Shown here: piece by piece, positions 40,403 to 50,281 of the stretch
Position numbering within the stretch: the first letter of the stretch is position 1
Layout of the letters: each line of letters opens with the position of its first letter
DNA from: Candidatus Poriferisocius sp.
GTDB taxonomy: Bacteria > Actinomycetota > Acidimicrobiia > Acidimicrobiales > Bin134
Reading direction: 5' to 3'
Length of the DNA: 64,000 nt
Assembly (NCBI GenBank): GCA_965221865.1
Contig: OZ244918.1
Coordinates: 91,259 to 155,258, forward strand
The notes under the pieces: generated by a model
Seen by the model: only the letters and a program-made list of their open reading frames with translations
Told to the model about the DNA's origin: nothing
Database searches by the model: none
Program-made: the position numbers and the translations under genes

Positions 40403-41761
40403 CTAGCCTCGGAGCTTAGCACGGGCATTGTGCAGGCGGCGGAGGACTTCTTCACGGGTGAGGTGCTGGGTTAGTGGCTCAAAAAGCGGGGGACCAACTA
40501 AACGTCCGGTTACTGCTACTCGCACGGGAGCCTGCGATTTGGAACGGTTCAGGCCGTGTGCCTCACCTACCGCAAATACAACCTGTTTAACCGCATCGGG
40601 TTCCCAAGCACAATCAGCCAAAGCCGCAATCACACCATCAAGAACCTCGCTTGAGGCTTTACCATTTACCATGGCTTTTTCCCATGATGTTTCATCTATT
40701 GGCACCTCGGCGCAAAACAGCCAGTCCAGATGTTTAACAATGTCGGACAAAACATGCAGCTTCTCTTGTACAAGCGGCACCATAGCTTTTACCACGTCAG
40801 GGCGGTAACGCTGAGCTGGCCAAGGTACTTGCTCAGCCTCTAGATGCGGAGCCAGCAAAACTCGTAACTCCTCGCTGTTAAGCCCACGCAGGTAAACCCC
40901 GTTGAAATGCTTCAGTTTGGTGATATCAAAAAACGCTGGAGCTTTGTTTACATCCTCCAACCTAAACTGCTTGATAATTTCAGTCATAGGTCTGATCTCT
41001 ATCTCGTCGCGTGGACCCCAACCCAAAAGTGCTAAATAGTTAGCCATAGCCGTTGGTAAATAACCTTGCTGACGGTAACTCTCTAAAGACACGTCGTCGC
41101 GGCGCTTAGATAACTTTTTACGTTGTTCATTTACCAGCAGAGGCAAATGAGCATATGTTGGCGCAGATGCACCCAACGCCTCAGCTACCAACACAGCGCG
41201 TGGGGCAGAAGAAAGCAGATCCTCGCCCCGAATAGCGTGGGTGATACCCATATCTAAATCATCTACTGCGTTGGCTAGCACAAATGTTGGCGAGCCATCA
41301 GAACGCCAAATCACAAAATCGCCTAACTGCGTGTGATCTACGGTCACATCACCGCGAACCACATCCTGGATCACTGTGGCCCCCGCGGGTGTGCGAAAAC
41401 GCACTGCCCGACCGATAGCCATCTGTGTGCCATCTAATTCTTGGTTATCACTATCACACAGATATGCCATACCTGCAGCAAGTAACTGCTGGACTACTGC
41501 GCGGTGGCGCTCTCTGCGCTCTGATTGAAAGTATGGGCCCTCGTCATAGTCAATTCCCAACCATTCCAAATACTCAAAAATAGCATCGGTTAGTTCTGGA
41601 CGGTTACGACTCTCATCGGTGTCCTCGATGCGCAGCACCATTGTTGCTCCAACAGAACGAGCATACAACCAGTTGAACAAAGCCGTTCGCGCACTGCCAA
41701 CATGCAAATAACCAGTGGGCGACGGTGCAAAACGCACCCGTGCAAGCGTATCTGCGCTCAT
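40403..41761 (-). CDS. gltX: Glutamate--tRNA ligase
   Basis: RFAPSPTGYLHVG, LRIEDTD, IRGEDL and KLSKR. Start placed at ATG 41761. Confidence 0.96.
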   Translation of the reverse strand: MSADTLARVRFAPSPTGYLHVGSARTALFNWLYARSVGATMVLRIEDTDESRNRPELTDAIFEYLEWLGIDYDEGPYFQSERRERHRAVVQQLLAAGMAYLCDSDNQELDGTQMAIGRAVRFRTPAGATVIQDVVRGDVTVDHTQLGDFVIWRSDGSPTFVLANAVDDLDMGITHAIRGEDLLSSAPRAVLVAEALGASAPTYAHLPLLVNEQRKKLSKRRDDVSLESYRQQGYLPTAMANYLALLGWGPRDEIEIRPMTEIIKQFRLEDVNKAPAFFDITKLKHFNGVYLRGLNSEELRVLLAPHLEAEQVPWPAQRYRPDVVKAMVPLVQEKLHVLSDIVKHLDWLFCAEVPIDETSWEKAMVNGKASSEVLDGVIAALADCAWEPDAVKQVVFAVGEAHGLNRSKSQAPVRVAVTGRLVGPPLFEPLTQHLTREEVLRRLHNARAKLRG

Positions 41762-41771
41762 CTCGCAGCAA

Positions 41772-42308
41772 TCAGACTTTGCTAGCTGCGCGCACAAACA
41801 GCTGCGAACGATCCGCTTCACAAGCTGCTTGTAGAGCTTCAGCAGTCATACACAGCACATCAACGCTTACCAAGTCCACCAAACGCCGCACATCAGCATA
41901 ATGGTGTTGGTGTCGTAAGCCCACAAACAACTCCTTGCGCCACTTTACTAAGGCGCTATCAGGTTTAGGTGGTAAGAAACCAAATAGCTGCAATGCCATC
42001 TCCACATCAACCAGAATCGGCGCCCGCCCAAAACTGCTAGCCCTCTTTAGCGCTACTGCCACACAGCCAGCAACAACATCAGCAGAGTTTTCGCCTGCAG
42101 CCAACAAAAGTTTGTGTTGCAAGCGCCGCGCCAAACCTAAGCAATAACCCTGATCAGGCCCAGGCGCCCCCAGTCCACTACCTGTTGGCTGTCTTCCCTG
42201 TAACTCGCCGGGGCGATCTGCTAACCACTGACCGTCGCGCCGAGGCGGTGAAACATAGTAACGTTGCCTTGCAGGAACTTCCACAGGCACATAGTTGGGA
42301 GCTGCCAT
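41772..42308 (-). CDS. Hypothetical protein
   Basis: 178-aa ORF in the cimA-gltX run (GPDQGY, ALKRASSFGRAP); function not recognised. Confidence 0.75.
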   Translation of the reverse strand: MAAPNYVPVEVPARQRYYVSPPRRDGQWLADRPGELQGRQPTGSGLGAPGPDQGYCLGLARRLQHKLLLAAGENSADVVAGCVAVALKRASSFGRAPILVDVEMALQLFGFLPPKPDSALVKWRKELFVGLRHQHHYADVRRLVDLVSVDVLCMTAEALQAACEADRSQLFVRAASKV

Positions 42309-42317
42309 GTACGATAC

Positions 42318-43952
42318 CTACCCCTGTTCTGCGTGCAGCAGCCCAAACACTAAGCTGTCAACTAAAGCCTGCCAGCTTGCTTCTACAATGTTGGTAGACA
42401 CACCGATGGTTGTCCAGATGCGATCTCCACAGGCCGAATCAATAATCACCCTAGTAACAGCTGCTGTACCTGAGGCTGTGTCTAGCACTCTTACTTTGTA
42501 GTCAACCAACGCAATAGAACCAAACGCTGGATAACGCTTGGCTAAAGCCACATTCAAAGCACAGTGCAAGGCATCAACCGGCCCATTGCCCTCTCCTGTA
42601 GCTACAATACGTTCACCTTGGACATGCAGCTTCACCGTAGCTTCAGTATCCATGTCTACAGCTACCTCATTCCAAGCTCTCGCTCCAGCACCTGCACGAT
42701 GGTCAGTAGACACACGAAATGACTCCAACTCAAAATAAGGCTGTTTCCAACCCGAAGCAGCTCTCATCAACAGTTCTAAAGAAGCATCAGCCACCTCAAA
42801 ATGGTAGCCAGCGTGCTCTAGTTTTTTGAGGGTGTCCACGATTTCGCCCACTGCGGCACCATCTAAATCCAAACCAATCTCAGCGGCTTTGAGTTCTACT
42901 GTGGAACGACCTGCCATCTCTGACACCACAAAACGAGCCCCATTACCCACTGCTTGAGGGTCAATGTGTTCATAGGCATCAGGACGACGTGCAATAGCGC
43001 TGGTATGCAGCCCTGCCTTATGGGCAAAAGCTGACGAACCCACATAAGGCTGTTGGGGGTCTGGGGTAAAGTTCACCAGTTCTGCTACATGATGCGATAC
43101 CGAGGTAAGACGCTCTAAGCGGTCTCCCGGTACTGTTTGAATGCCCATCTTCAAACTCAAATTAGCAATAATAGGCACTAGGTTGCAGTTACCGGTGCGT
43201 TCTCCATAGCCATTTATGGTGCCTTGCACCTGTGTAGCACCAGCTCTAACCCCTGCTAATGCGTTAGCTACGCCACAGCCAGTATCGTTATGTAAGTGTA
43301 CGCCTACTGGTGTATCAAGATAATCCACAACATCGGCAACGATTTGTTCCACGTGGACTGGCAGAGTTCCCCCATTAGTGTCACACAGCACTAAACGGTC
43401 GGCACCAGCGGTAGCTGCGGCTTCTAACACTGCAAGGCTGTAGCTAGGATTGTTTTGGTAACCATCAAAAAAGTGCTCGGCATCAAAAAAAACGCGCATA
43501 CCCTTAGCTTTGAGAAACTGCACCGAATCTGCAACCATCGCCACACCCTCATCCAAAGTGGTACGCAGTGCCTCTTGCACATGATAATCCCAGCACTTAC
43601 CTACTATGCAGGCCACCGTGGTGCCAGATGCAACTAGGTTAGCTAAAGTGAGATCTGAATCGGTTTTACCCTTAGCACGGCGTGTGGATCCAAAAGCCAC
43701 CAAGGTGCTGGTCTGCAAAGTGAGTTCGTCACGAGCCCGGGCAAAAAACTCATCGTCTTTAGGATTAGAACCCGGCCAACCACCCTCAATGTAGTGGACA
43801 CCTAGTTCATCTAGCAGCACAGCTATACGCAGTTTGTCCTGCGCTGTCAATGATATACCGCGCAGCTGACTTCCATCACGCAAGGTGGTGTCATATATCT
43901 CTACGACATCAGGCAATGGCCTATGCTGTGTTGTGTGCTTAGCTGTCGACAT
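42318..43952 (-). CDS. cimA: Citramalate synthase
   Basis: YDTTLRDG, IEGGWPGSNPKD, FDAEHFFDG, SAFAHKAGLH and NIVEASW. Start placed at ATG 43952. Confidence 0.92.
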   Translation of the reverse strand: MSTAKHTTQHRPLPDVVEIYDTTLRDGSQLRGISLTAQDKLRIAVLLDELGVHYIEGGWPGSNPKDDEFFARARDELTLQTSTLVAFGSTRRAKGKTDSDLTLANLVASGTTVACIVGKCWDYHVQEALRTTLDEGVAMVADSVQFLKAKGMRVFFDAEHFFDGYQNNPSYSLAVLEAAATAGADRLVLCDTNGGTLPVHVEQIVADVVDYLDTPVGVHLHNDTGCGVANALAGVRAGATQVQGTINGYGERTGNCNLVPIIANLSLKMGIQTVPGDRLERLTSVSHHVAELVNFTPDPQQPYVGSSAFAHKAGLHTSAIARRPDAYEHIDPQAVGNGARFVVSEMAGRSTVELKAAEIGLDLDGAAVGEIVDTLKKLEHAGYHFEVADASLELLMRAASGWKQPYFELESFRVSTDHRAGAGARAWNEVAVDMDTEATVKLHVQGERIVATGEGNGPVDALHCALNVALAKRYPAFGSIALVDYKVRVLDTASGTAAVTRVIIDSACGDRIWTTIGVSTNIVEASWQALVDSLVFGLLHAEQG

Positions 43953-44859
43953 ATTCGTTCCAGTGGCTGTACTGAGCGCAACGTCCTCGCACAGCATCTT
44001 GAAACACCTCTTGGATTTTGCGAGTAATAGGTCCTGGGTCGCCAATTTCGCGATCGTCCACCGAACGGATAGGCACCACCTCTGCGGCAGTGCCAGACAA
44101 AAATGCCTCGTCAGCTAGATATAGGTCGCTGCGTAACAAATTGTCGGTCACATAGCAGATACCCAAATCGGCTGCCATCTGGCTAATGGCATTTTGAGTT
44201 ATGCCAGCTAATGCGCCTACCGATGTAGGGGGTGTGATGATAGTACCTTCGCGCACCACAAAAAGGTTCTCTCCAGTACATTCGCTCACAAAACCTTGCG
44301 GGGATAACAGTACCGCCTCGTCATAACCTGCTTTAACGGCCTGCACTTTAGCGAGCTGGCTGTTGATGTAATGGCCGCATCCTTTGGCAGCAGTAGGCAT
44401 GGAATTCGGGTCGTGTCGCTGCCAGGAACTAACCATCAAGCGCACACCTCGTTGCACGCCTTCATCACCTAAATAAGCGCCCCACGGCCACACCGCAATC
44501 GCCACATTCACCTTACACGGAAGCGGATTAAGTCCCATCTCGCCATAGCCTAAATAGGCAAGAGGGCGCACATAACAACTAGAAAGTTTGTTTACACGCA
44601 CGGTTTCTTTTGTGGCTGCGACTAGTTCTTGTTGGGTGTATGGAATATCTATTTGCAAGATTTTGGCGCTCGCAAACAAACGACGAATATGCGGGGTAAG
44701 TCGAAAAATCGCAGCACCTTGATCAGTGCTGTAAGAGCGAATGCCCTCAAAAACACCGTTTCCGTAATGCAACGTGTGGGTCAGCACATGCACGGTGGCA
44801 TCTGCCCAATCCACTAGCTCGCCATCCATCCACACTTTTTCTGTGGTTTTGATTGGCAT
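43939..44859 (-). CDS. ilvE: Branched-chain amino acid aminotransferase
   Basis: LHYGNGVFEGIR, GENLF, LAGIT and GTAAEV. Start placed at ATG 44859. Confidence 0.95.
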   Translation of the reverse strand: MPIKTTEKVWMDGELVDWADATVHVLTHTLHYGNGVFEGIRSYSTDQGAAIFRLTPHIRRLFASAKILQIDIPYTQQELVAATKETVRVNKLSSCYVRPLAYLGYGEMGLNPLPCKVNVAIAVWPWGAYLGDEGVQRGVRLMVSSWQRHDPNSMPTAAKGCGHYINSQLAKVQAVKAGYDEAVLLSPQGFVSECTGENLFVVREGTIITPPTSVGALAGITQNAISQMAADLGICYVTDNLLRSDLYLADEAFLSGTAAEVVPIRSVDDREIGDPGPITRKIQEVFQDAVRGRCAQYSHWNEYVDS

Positions 44860-44971
44860 GTTGCTTTGTTCCTTTCTGAGTTTTCCTCTCAAAGTTTAAA
44901 TCTAAATTGGCTGATTATTAGAACATTTAGTTTAAAACATTGTACGCAACATCTTGTTTAAGCTTGCAGGC

Positions 44972-45967
44972 TCAAACCCGTTCAGCTATCAAATCGCCTA
45001 TCTCTGTTGTTGTGCCTCTTTGGGTGTCTACCTCCGCGCAGGCTCGCCGCATACGTTGCGCAGCAGAAGCCTCGCCCAAAAACTCGGCCATCATAGCGGC
45101 CGACAAAATTGCTGCGGTGGGGTTAGCTTTACCTGTGCCAACAATATCGGGTGCTGAGCCATGTACCGGTTCAAACATCGACGGACCAGTACGATCAGGA
45201 TTTAAGTTGGCTGAAGCTGCCATGCCAATACCGCCTGAAACTGCCCCACCTAAATCAGTGAGAATATCGCCAAATAAGTTGTCTGTAACGATGACATCGT
45301 AGCTTTTTGGGTCTTCCACAAAGTAAATGCAAGCTGCATCAACATGATTGTAAGCAGTTGCAACATCGGGGTATTCCAGTGCTACCTCATTAAAAGTGCG
45401 TTCCCACAAATCACCTGCAAACGTCAACACATTAGTCTTATGCACCAAAGTAAGGTGTCGCCCTTCACGGCTGCGGGCTAACTCAAAGGCATAACGCACA
45501 CAGCGTTCCACCCCAAAGCGAGTGTTCACCGAACCCTGTGTAGCTACCTCAGCTGGGGTGTGTTTGCGTAAAAAGCCTCCCTCCCCAACATAGCTGCCCT
45601 CGGTGTTTTCACGAATCACCTCAAAATCAAAACCGCTAGTACCGTTTGAGGATGGCTGTTTGATAAAAGGTCTGCGATTCACGTATAAATCCAGCTCAAA
45701 ACGCATCCGTAGTAAAAGTCCCCGCTCTATCACCCCCGGTGGCACTTCAGGTGTACCCACCGCCCCCAAATATAATGCGTCTAAACCTCGCCACTCCTCT
45801 AAAATATCTTCGGTAAGAACCGTGCCGTCACGCAAATAGCGGTTGCCGCCTAAATCGTAAGCAATGGGATCAACCTCGATCCCCGCTGCAGCAAGCACCT
45901 TGAGACCCTCCGTTACCACTGCAGGGCCGATGCCATCTCCACCTATAACGCCAATCATGTAAGTCAT
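44972..45967 (-). CDS. leuB: 3-isopropylmalate dehydrogenase
   Basis: GDGIG, RENTEG, HKTNVL, NLFGDILTD and EPVHGSAPDI. Confidence 0.94.
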   Translation of the reverse strand: MTYMIGVIGGDGIGPAVVTEGLKVLAAAGIEVDPIAYDLGGNRYLRDGTVLTEDILEEWRGLDALYLGAVGTPEVPPGVIERGLLLRMRFELDLYVNRRPFIKQPSSNGTSGFDFEVIRENTEGSYVGEGGFLRKHTPAEVATQGSVNTRFGVERCVRYAFELARSREGRHLTLVHKTNVLTFAGDLWERTFNEVALEYPDVATAYNHVDAACIYFVEDPKSYDVIVTDNLFGDILTDLGGAVSGGIGMAASANLNPDRTGPSMFEPVHGSAPDIVGTGKANPTAAILSAAMMAEFLGEASAAQRMRRACAEVDTQRGTTTEIGDLIAERV

Positions 45968-46022
45968 CGTCCTTTAGGATACGAATGTTAGAGGCGTAGA
46001 TGCGAACACTAAGCTTAATGGT

Positions 46023-46496
46023 ATGGCTGAGGTACATGAGCTATCGCAAGCAGCGCACGATCGTCTGCAAGCTGAGTTTGAACATTTAACCACTGTGGGG
46101 CGCGTGGAAATAGCTCGCAAAATTGAATCTGCACGTGAGCTAGGCGACCTGAGTGAAAACGGCGACTATCATGCCGCTAAAGACGAACAGGGAAAAATGG
46201 AAACTCGAATCGCGCAGTTAGGCGCTTTGTTACGCAACTCGCGCATCGTACAAACAGGCGATGTGAATACTGTGGCTGTAGGTGCGGTAGTTACAGTAGC
46301 TTTTGACAACAACATGAACGACCAGGAAAAGTACCTAGTGGGATCAATTGAAGAAAGACACGAAGGGTTAGATGTGATATCTCCCACATCGCCTATGGGT
46401 TCTGCCATCATCGGAGCCACTGTGGGCGACACCGTGTCGTATGAGAATCCCGCAGGGGAGCTCCTGAGCATCACAATAGTTTCTCTTGAGCAATAG
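46023..46496 (+). CDS. greA: Transcription elongation factor GreA
   Basis: GDLSENGDYHAAK and ISPTSPMG. Confidence 0.95.
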   Translation: MAEVHELSQAAHDRLQAEFEHLTTVGRVEIARKIESARELGDLSENGDYHAAKDEQGKMETRIAQLGALLRNSRIVQTGDVNTVAVGAVVTVAFDNNMNDQEKYLVGSIEERHEGLDVISPTSPMGSAIIGATVGDTVSYENPAGELLSITIVSLEQ

Positions 46497-47358
46497 CGGG
46501 AGTCCTATCGGACCTGCGCTGCCACCGGGCGAGTGGATCACTTTGCCCAAAAGAGGAAAAGTATTTGTACGTCGTATCGCAGGCCCATCTGCATCGCCCA
46601 CGGTACTGCTGTTGCATGGCTGGACTGTTACTGCCGACTTGAATTGGTATCCCACTTACACACCTTTGGCGCAAAGAGCCTCTGTTGTAGCGTTTGATCA
46701 CGCTGGTCATGGTACAGGGCTCACCACCAAACGCTTCAGCTTTTTGGAATGTGCAAACGATGTTTTAGCAATAGCCGATGCTTTAGAAATTGAGCAGTTC
46801 ATTTGTGTGGGTTACTCAATGGGTGGAGCCATAGCACAGCTGTTAGCCCGCCAAGCACCAGAGCGAATCACCGGATTAGTCTTAGGTGCTACGGCTACAA
46901 ATTTTCGGGGCAGAGGGCTGAGATCGCTACGGTTTTCGCTGCTTCCAGTGCTAGCTGGCGTCTCCCGATTAACCCCAACAAGCTTGCGCTTGTGGAGTTG
47001 GCGGCAAACCGTTTTCAACATTATTGGCAGCAATTTTGGTCGCTGGGCACAAGCTGAAGTGCTCAAAGGCGATCCTCAAGCCATGTTAGATGCTGGCTGT
47101 GAGTTGTTTAACTTCAACTCACAGCTGTGGATCGGGGAACTAACTATGCCCGTTGCCCAAATCCATACTCAAGGCGATAACGTAGTGCCCGACTACCTCC
47201 AACAGGAGTTGTCGCAGTCGCTTGCTAACATAGCAGTGTTCGCATATCGGGGTGGGCACGCCTCGGTGGTAACAGATTTTGATAGTTTCTGGCACTGCTT
47301 AAGCGGTGCGCTAGATCATCTAGGGGTACAAAAAGCGCCTAGCGCAACCCCAAAGTAA
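46486..47358 (+). CDS. Alpha/beta fold hydrolase
   Basis: LLLHGW, DHAGHG, GYSMGG and GGH. Confidence 0.9.
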   Translation: MSNSGSPIGPALPPGEWITLPKRGKVFVRRIAGPSASPTVLLLHGWTVTADLNWYPTYTPLAQRASVVAFDHAGHGTGLTTKRFSFLECANDVLAIADALEIEQFICVGYSMGGAIAQLLARQAPERITGLVLGATATNFRGRGLRSLRFSLLPVLAGVSRLTPTSLRLWSWRQTVFNIIGSNFGRWAQAEVLKGDPQAMLDAGCELFNFNSQLWIGELTMPVAQIHTQGDNVVPDYLQQELSQSLANIAVFAYRGGHASVVTDFDSFWHCLSGALDHLGVQKAPSATPK

Positions 47359-47380
47359 ACGAACACACCTAGGAGCCCTT

Positions 47381-48781
47381 ATGGGTCAAACACTCAGCGA
47401 GAAGATTTGGGAGCGACATCTGGTTCACCGCGGCAACGGTGAACCAGATTTGTTGTACATCGACCTGCATCTCATTCATGAGGTGACATCCCCACAAGCC
47501 TTTGATGGACTCCGACTCAAGCAGCGCAGCGTGCGACGCCCTGATCTAACGTTGGCAACCGAAGATCATAACGTGCCAACCGACAGTGTAGCTTGGCCTA
47601 TTGCCGATCCCATCTCACATCAACAAGTAGAAACGCTGCGAGCCAACTGCGCCGAATTCGGTATCACCCTTTACCCAATGGGGAGCACCCATCAAGGAAT
47701 CGTACATGTTATTGGCCCAGAAATGGGACTAACTCAGCCCGCCATGACAATAGTTTGCGGCGACAGCCACACCTCCACCCACGGTGCCTTTGGAGCGTTA
47801 GCGTTTGGAATTGGTACTAGTGAGGTAGAACATGTGCTAGGTACCCAAACACTGCCGCAGCAACGTCCAAACACAATGTCAGTAACGGTGCAAGGCGAGT
47901 TGCCATCAAGTTGCACTGCTAAAGATGTGATATTAGCCATCATTGGCCATATCGGCACCGGTGGTGGTATCGGTTCGGTGATTGAGTACCGCGGCCCGAT
48001 TATTCGCGCGCTTTCTATGGAAGGGCGGATGACGGTTTGCAACATGTCCATTGAAGCTGGAGCTAAAGCAGGTTTAATTGCTCCCGACGAAACCACTTTT
48101 GAATACCTGCGAGACCGACCACATGCTCCTAAAGGCACAAACTGGGATATAGCACTTCAAGACTGGCAAGACTTGCACAGCGACCCTGATGCAACATTTG
48201 ACACAGAGGTGCTGATTGACGGCTCTGAGCTGGTGCCACACATTTCTTGGGGTACTAACCCGTCTCAAGTAGTTCCTATAGATGGAACTGTGCCCGAACC
48301 AGACAGTTTTGCTGATATGAGTGGACGAGAAGCTGCAATGCGGGCCCTAGATTATATGGGTCTTAAGCCTGGAACCTTGCTAAAAGATATCGCTGTAGAC
48401 ACCGTGTTTATCGGCTCTTGCACCAACAGCCGTATTGAAGATCTACGGGCTGCAGCCGAAGTTGTAGAAGGGCGCCAAGTAAGCCCAGGAATGCGTACTT
48501 TTGTAGTACCAGGTTCTGGAACTGTAAAGGCACAAGCTGAAGCAGAGGGGCTTCACAAAGTGTTTTTAGCCGCTGGGTTTGATTGGCGAGAACCAGGCTG
48601 TTCTATGTGTTTAGCCATGAATCCCGACAAACTATCTCCACAAGAGCGCTGTGCTAGCACATCTAACCGTAACTTTGAAGGTCGACAAGGTAAAGGGGGT
48701 CGCACACATCTGGTTTCACCAGCGGTTGCTGCTGCCACCGCAATAGCTGGCACATTTGCTACTCCGGGGGATTTATCATGA
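47381..48781 (+). CDS. leuC: 3-isopropylmalate dehydratase large subunit
   Basis: [29 protein letters not shown] and NRNFEGRQG. Confidence 0.97.
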   Translation: MGQTLSEKIWERHLVHRGNGEPDLLYIDLHLIHEVTSPQAFDGLRLKQRSVRRPDLTLATEDHNVPTDSVAWPIADPISHQQVETLRANCAEFGITLYPMGSTHQGIVHVIGPEMGLTQPAMTIVCGDSHTSTHGAFGALAFGIGTSEVEHVLGTQTLPQQRPNTMSVTVQGELPSSCTAKDVILAIIGHIGTGGGIGSVIEYRGPIIRALSMEGRMTVCNMSIEAGAKAGLIAPDETTFEYLRDRPHAPKGTNWDIALQDWQDLHSDPDATFDTEVLIDGSELVPHISWGTNPSQVVPIDGTVPEPDSFADMSGREAAMRALDYMGLKPGTLLKDIAVDTVFIGSCTNSRIEDLRAAAEVVEGRQVSPGMRTFVVPGSGTVKAQAEAEGLHKVFLAAGFDWREPGCSMCLAMNPDKLSPQERCASTSNRNFEGRQGKGGRTHLVSPAVAAATAIAGTFATPGDLS

Positions 48782-49371
48782 AAGCGGTCCGTAGCATCAC
48801 AGCAAAAGCTCTACCACTAGATCGCAGTGATGTAGATACTGATCAGATCATCCCAAGCGACTGGCTTAAGCGGGTAGAAAGAACTGGTTTTGAAAAAGGA
48901 CTGTTTTCAGAGTGGCGCGAAGATCCAAACTTTGTGCTAAACAATCCTCGCTACAATGAAGCTCGCATTTTGCTAGCTGGGCCTAACTTTGGTACTGGTT
49001 CTTCGCGCGAACATGCAGTTTGGGCTATTCAGCAATACGGATTTGAAGCGGTTATTTCTCCTCGCTTTGGCGATATTTTTCGCAACAACTCCACGAAAAA
49101 TGGTTTAGTGCCAGTGCAGGTTAGCAATGAGGTGGGGCGCAATCTGCTCAATGCGGTGACAGCAGACCCCTCAATTCAGATCACTATAGATGTTACACGT
49201 CTCACCGTGTCAGTGCCTGTTTTAGATGTGCAAACTAATTTCGTTTTAGATGAGGCTGTGCAAAGACGCTTGTTAGAAGGTTTAGACGATATTGGTATAA
49301 CCCTGGCCCACTCTGAGTTGATTCGTGATTTTGAAGCGCGCCGCTGTATCTGGCTGCCGTCAGTGACATAG
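48778..49371 (+). CDS. leuD: 3-isopropylmalate dehydratase small subunit
   Basis: [18 protein letters not shown] and FGDIFRNN. Confidence 0.97.
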   Translation: MKAVRSITAKALPLDRSDVDTDQIIPSDWLKRVERTGFEKGLFSEWREDPNFVLNNPRYNEARILLAGPNFGTGSSREHAVWAIQQYGFEAVISPRFGDIFRNNSTKNGLVPVQVSNEVGRNLLNAVTADPSIQITIDVTRLTVSVPVLDVQTNFVLDEAVQRRLLEGLDDIGITLAHSELIRDFEARRCIWLPSVT

Positions 49372-49557
49372 TAAAGCGACTTTGCAAACGCACTAGCAGT
49401 GGCCAAACTTGACCACTTGGGCCGCAGCACCATATAGCTGTCCTCGTCGGCTGCTATGTGATGGCATACCCTGTGTACCTGCCGCAGGCTGACAGCCTGT
49501 CACGCTTGCGCTGTTTGGTGGTAGTGTATAGCCTGTTGCTGCAAAGGAGACCACCTA

Positions 49558-50205
49558 ATGATCACCACTAAACGCACCACAGCGGCTGTAGTAACGCTGC
49601 TAACAGCGCTAGCACTAACCACCATTACCACTGCTGCACCGCAGCGCAGCACACAGCGTGAAGGCGTACCAGCAGGCGATCTCACCTACACCATTACAGG
49701 CACACTCGATCCCAACACCATTCCTAACATGCATGAGCCCAAAACAGCCACAGCAGTAAAAGTGAATCTGCACGACCTGCGTTTGCGGCCGGGTGTGTAC
49801 AGGTGGCACTTTGTGACTAACGCTAGCAACGGCAAGACCACGTCTACACACACGCTTTGGTGGCTTGGCGACCTTGCCACCTACGACACCTATTGGCTGC
49901 ACGAATGGGCCCGTCATCACGGGACGCCTCACTACTTAGAGAATATGATCACCAGCGGCCAGCTGTGCGCCACCAACAACAACCAAACGGGCGCTGCTAA
50001 TCCCACATTTACCGTTGAGCGTGGCACCGGTTACACAATGGTACCACAACACTTTGGCCTGTTTGCCGCAGGCACACATTACGGTGCACCGGGTGATGGT
50101 GTGTGTACAGGCGCCGTGCAGGTGATGGTGGTCAACCTTGGCCACGACCACACCATTGCGCCGCTGCGGTACACGCTAGTCCTCGAGCGTATAGCCGCAC
50201 CATAG
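49558..50205 (+). CDS. Hypothetical secreted protein
   Basis: AAAGGAGA RBS and a signal-peptide-like N-terminus; no family recognised. Confidence 0.7.
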   Translation: MITTKRTTAAVVTLLTALALTTITTAAPQRSTQREGVPAGDLTYTITGTLDPNTIPNMHEPKTATAVKVNLHDLRLRPGVYRWHFVTNASNGKTTSTHTLWWLGDLATYDTYWLHEWARHHGTPHYLENMITSGQLCATNNNQTGAANPTFTVERGTGYTMVPQHFGLFAAGTHYGAPGDGVCTGAVQVMVVNLGHDHTIAPLRYTLVLERIAAP

Positions 50206-50281
50206 CCGCACCAGCAGCGCAGGCGCACCTTCGAGGCTCGAATTGGTTATTTGAGTGCTGGTATAAAGGCGTTTTAGCAAT

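Noticed and set aside
49421-50212. GCCGCA..CCATA similarity on both sides of the orphan gene as a target-site duplication
   Set aside because: The match is short and gapped, and the right copy is explained by a local tandem duplication.
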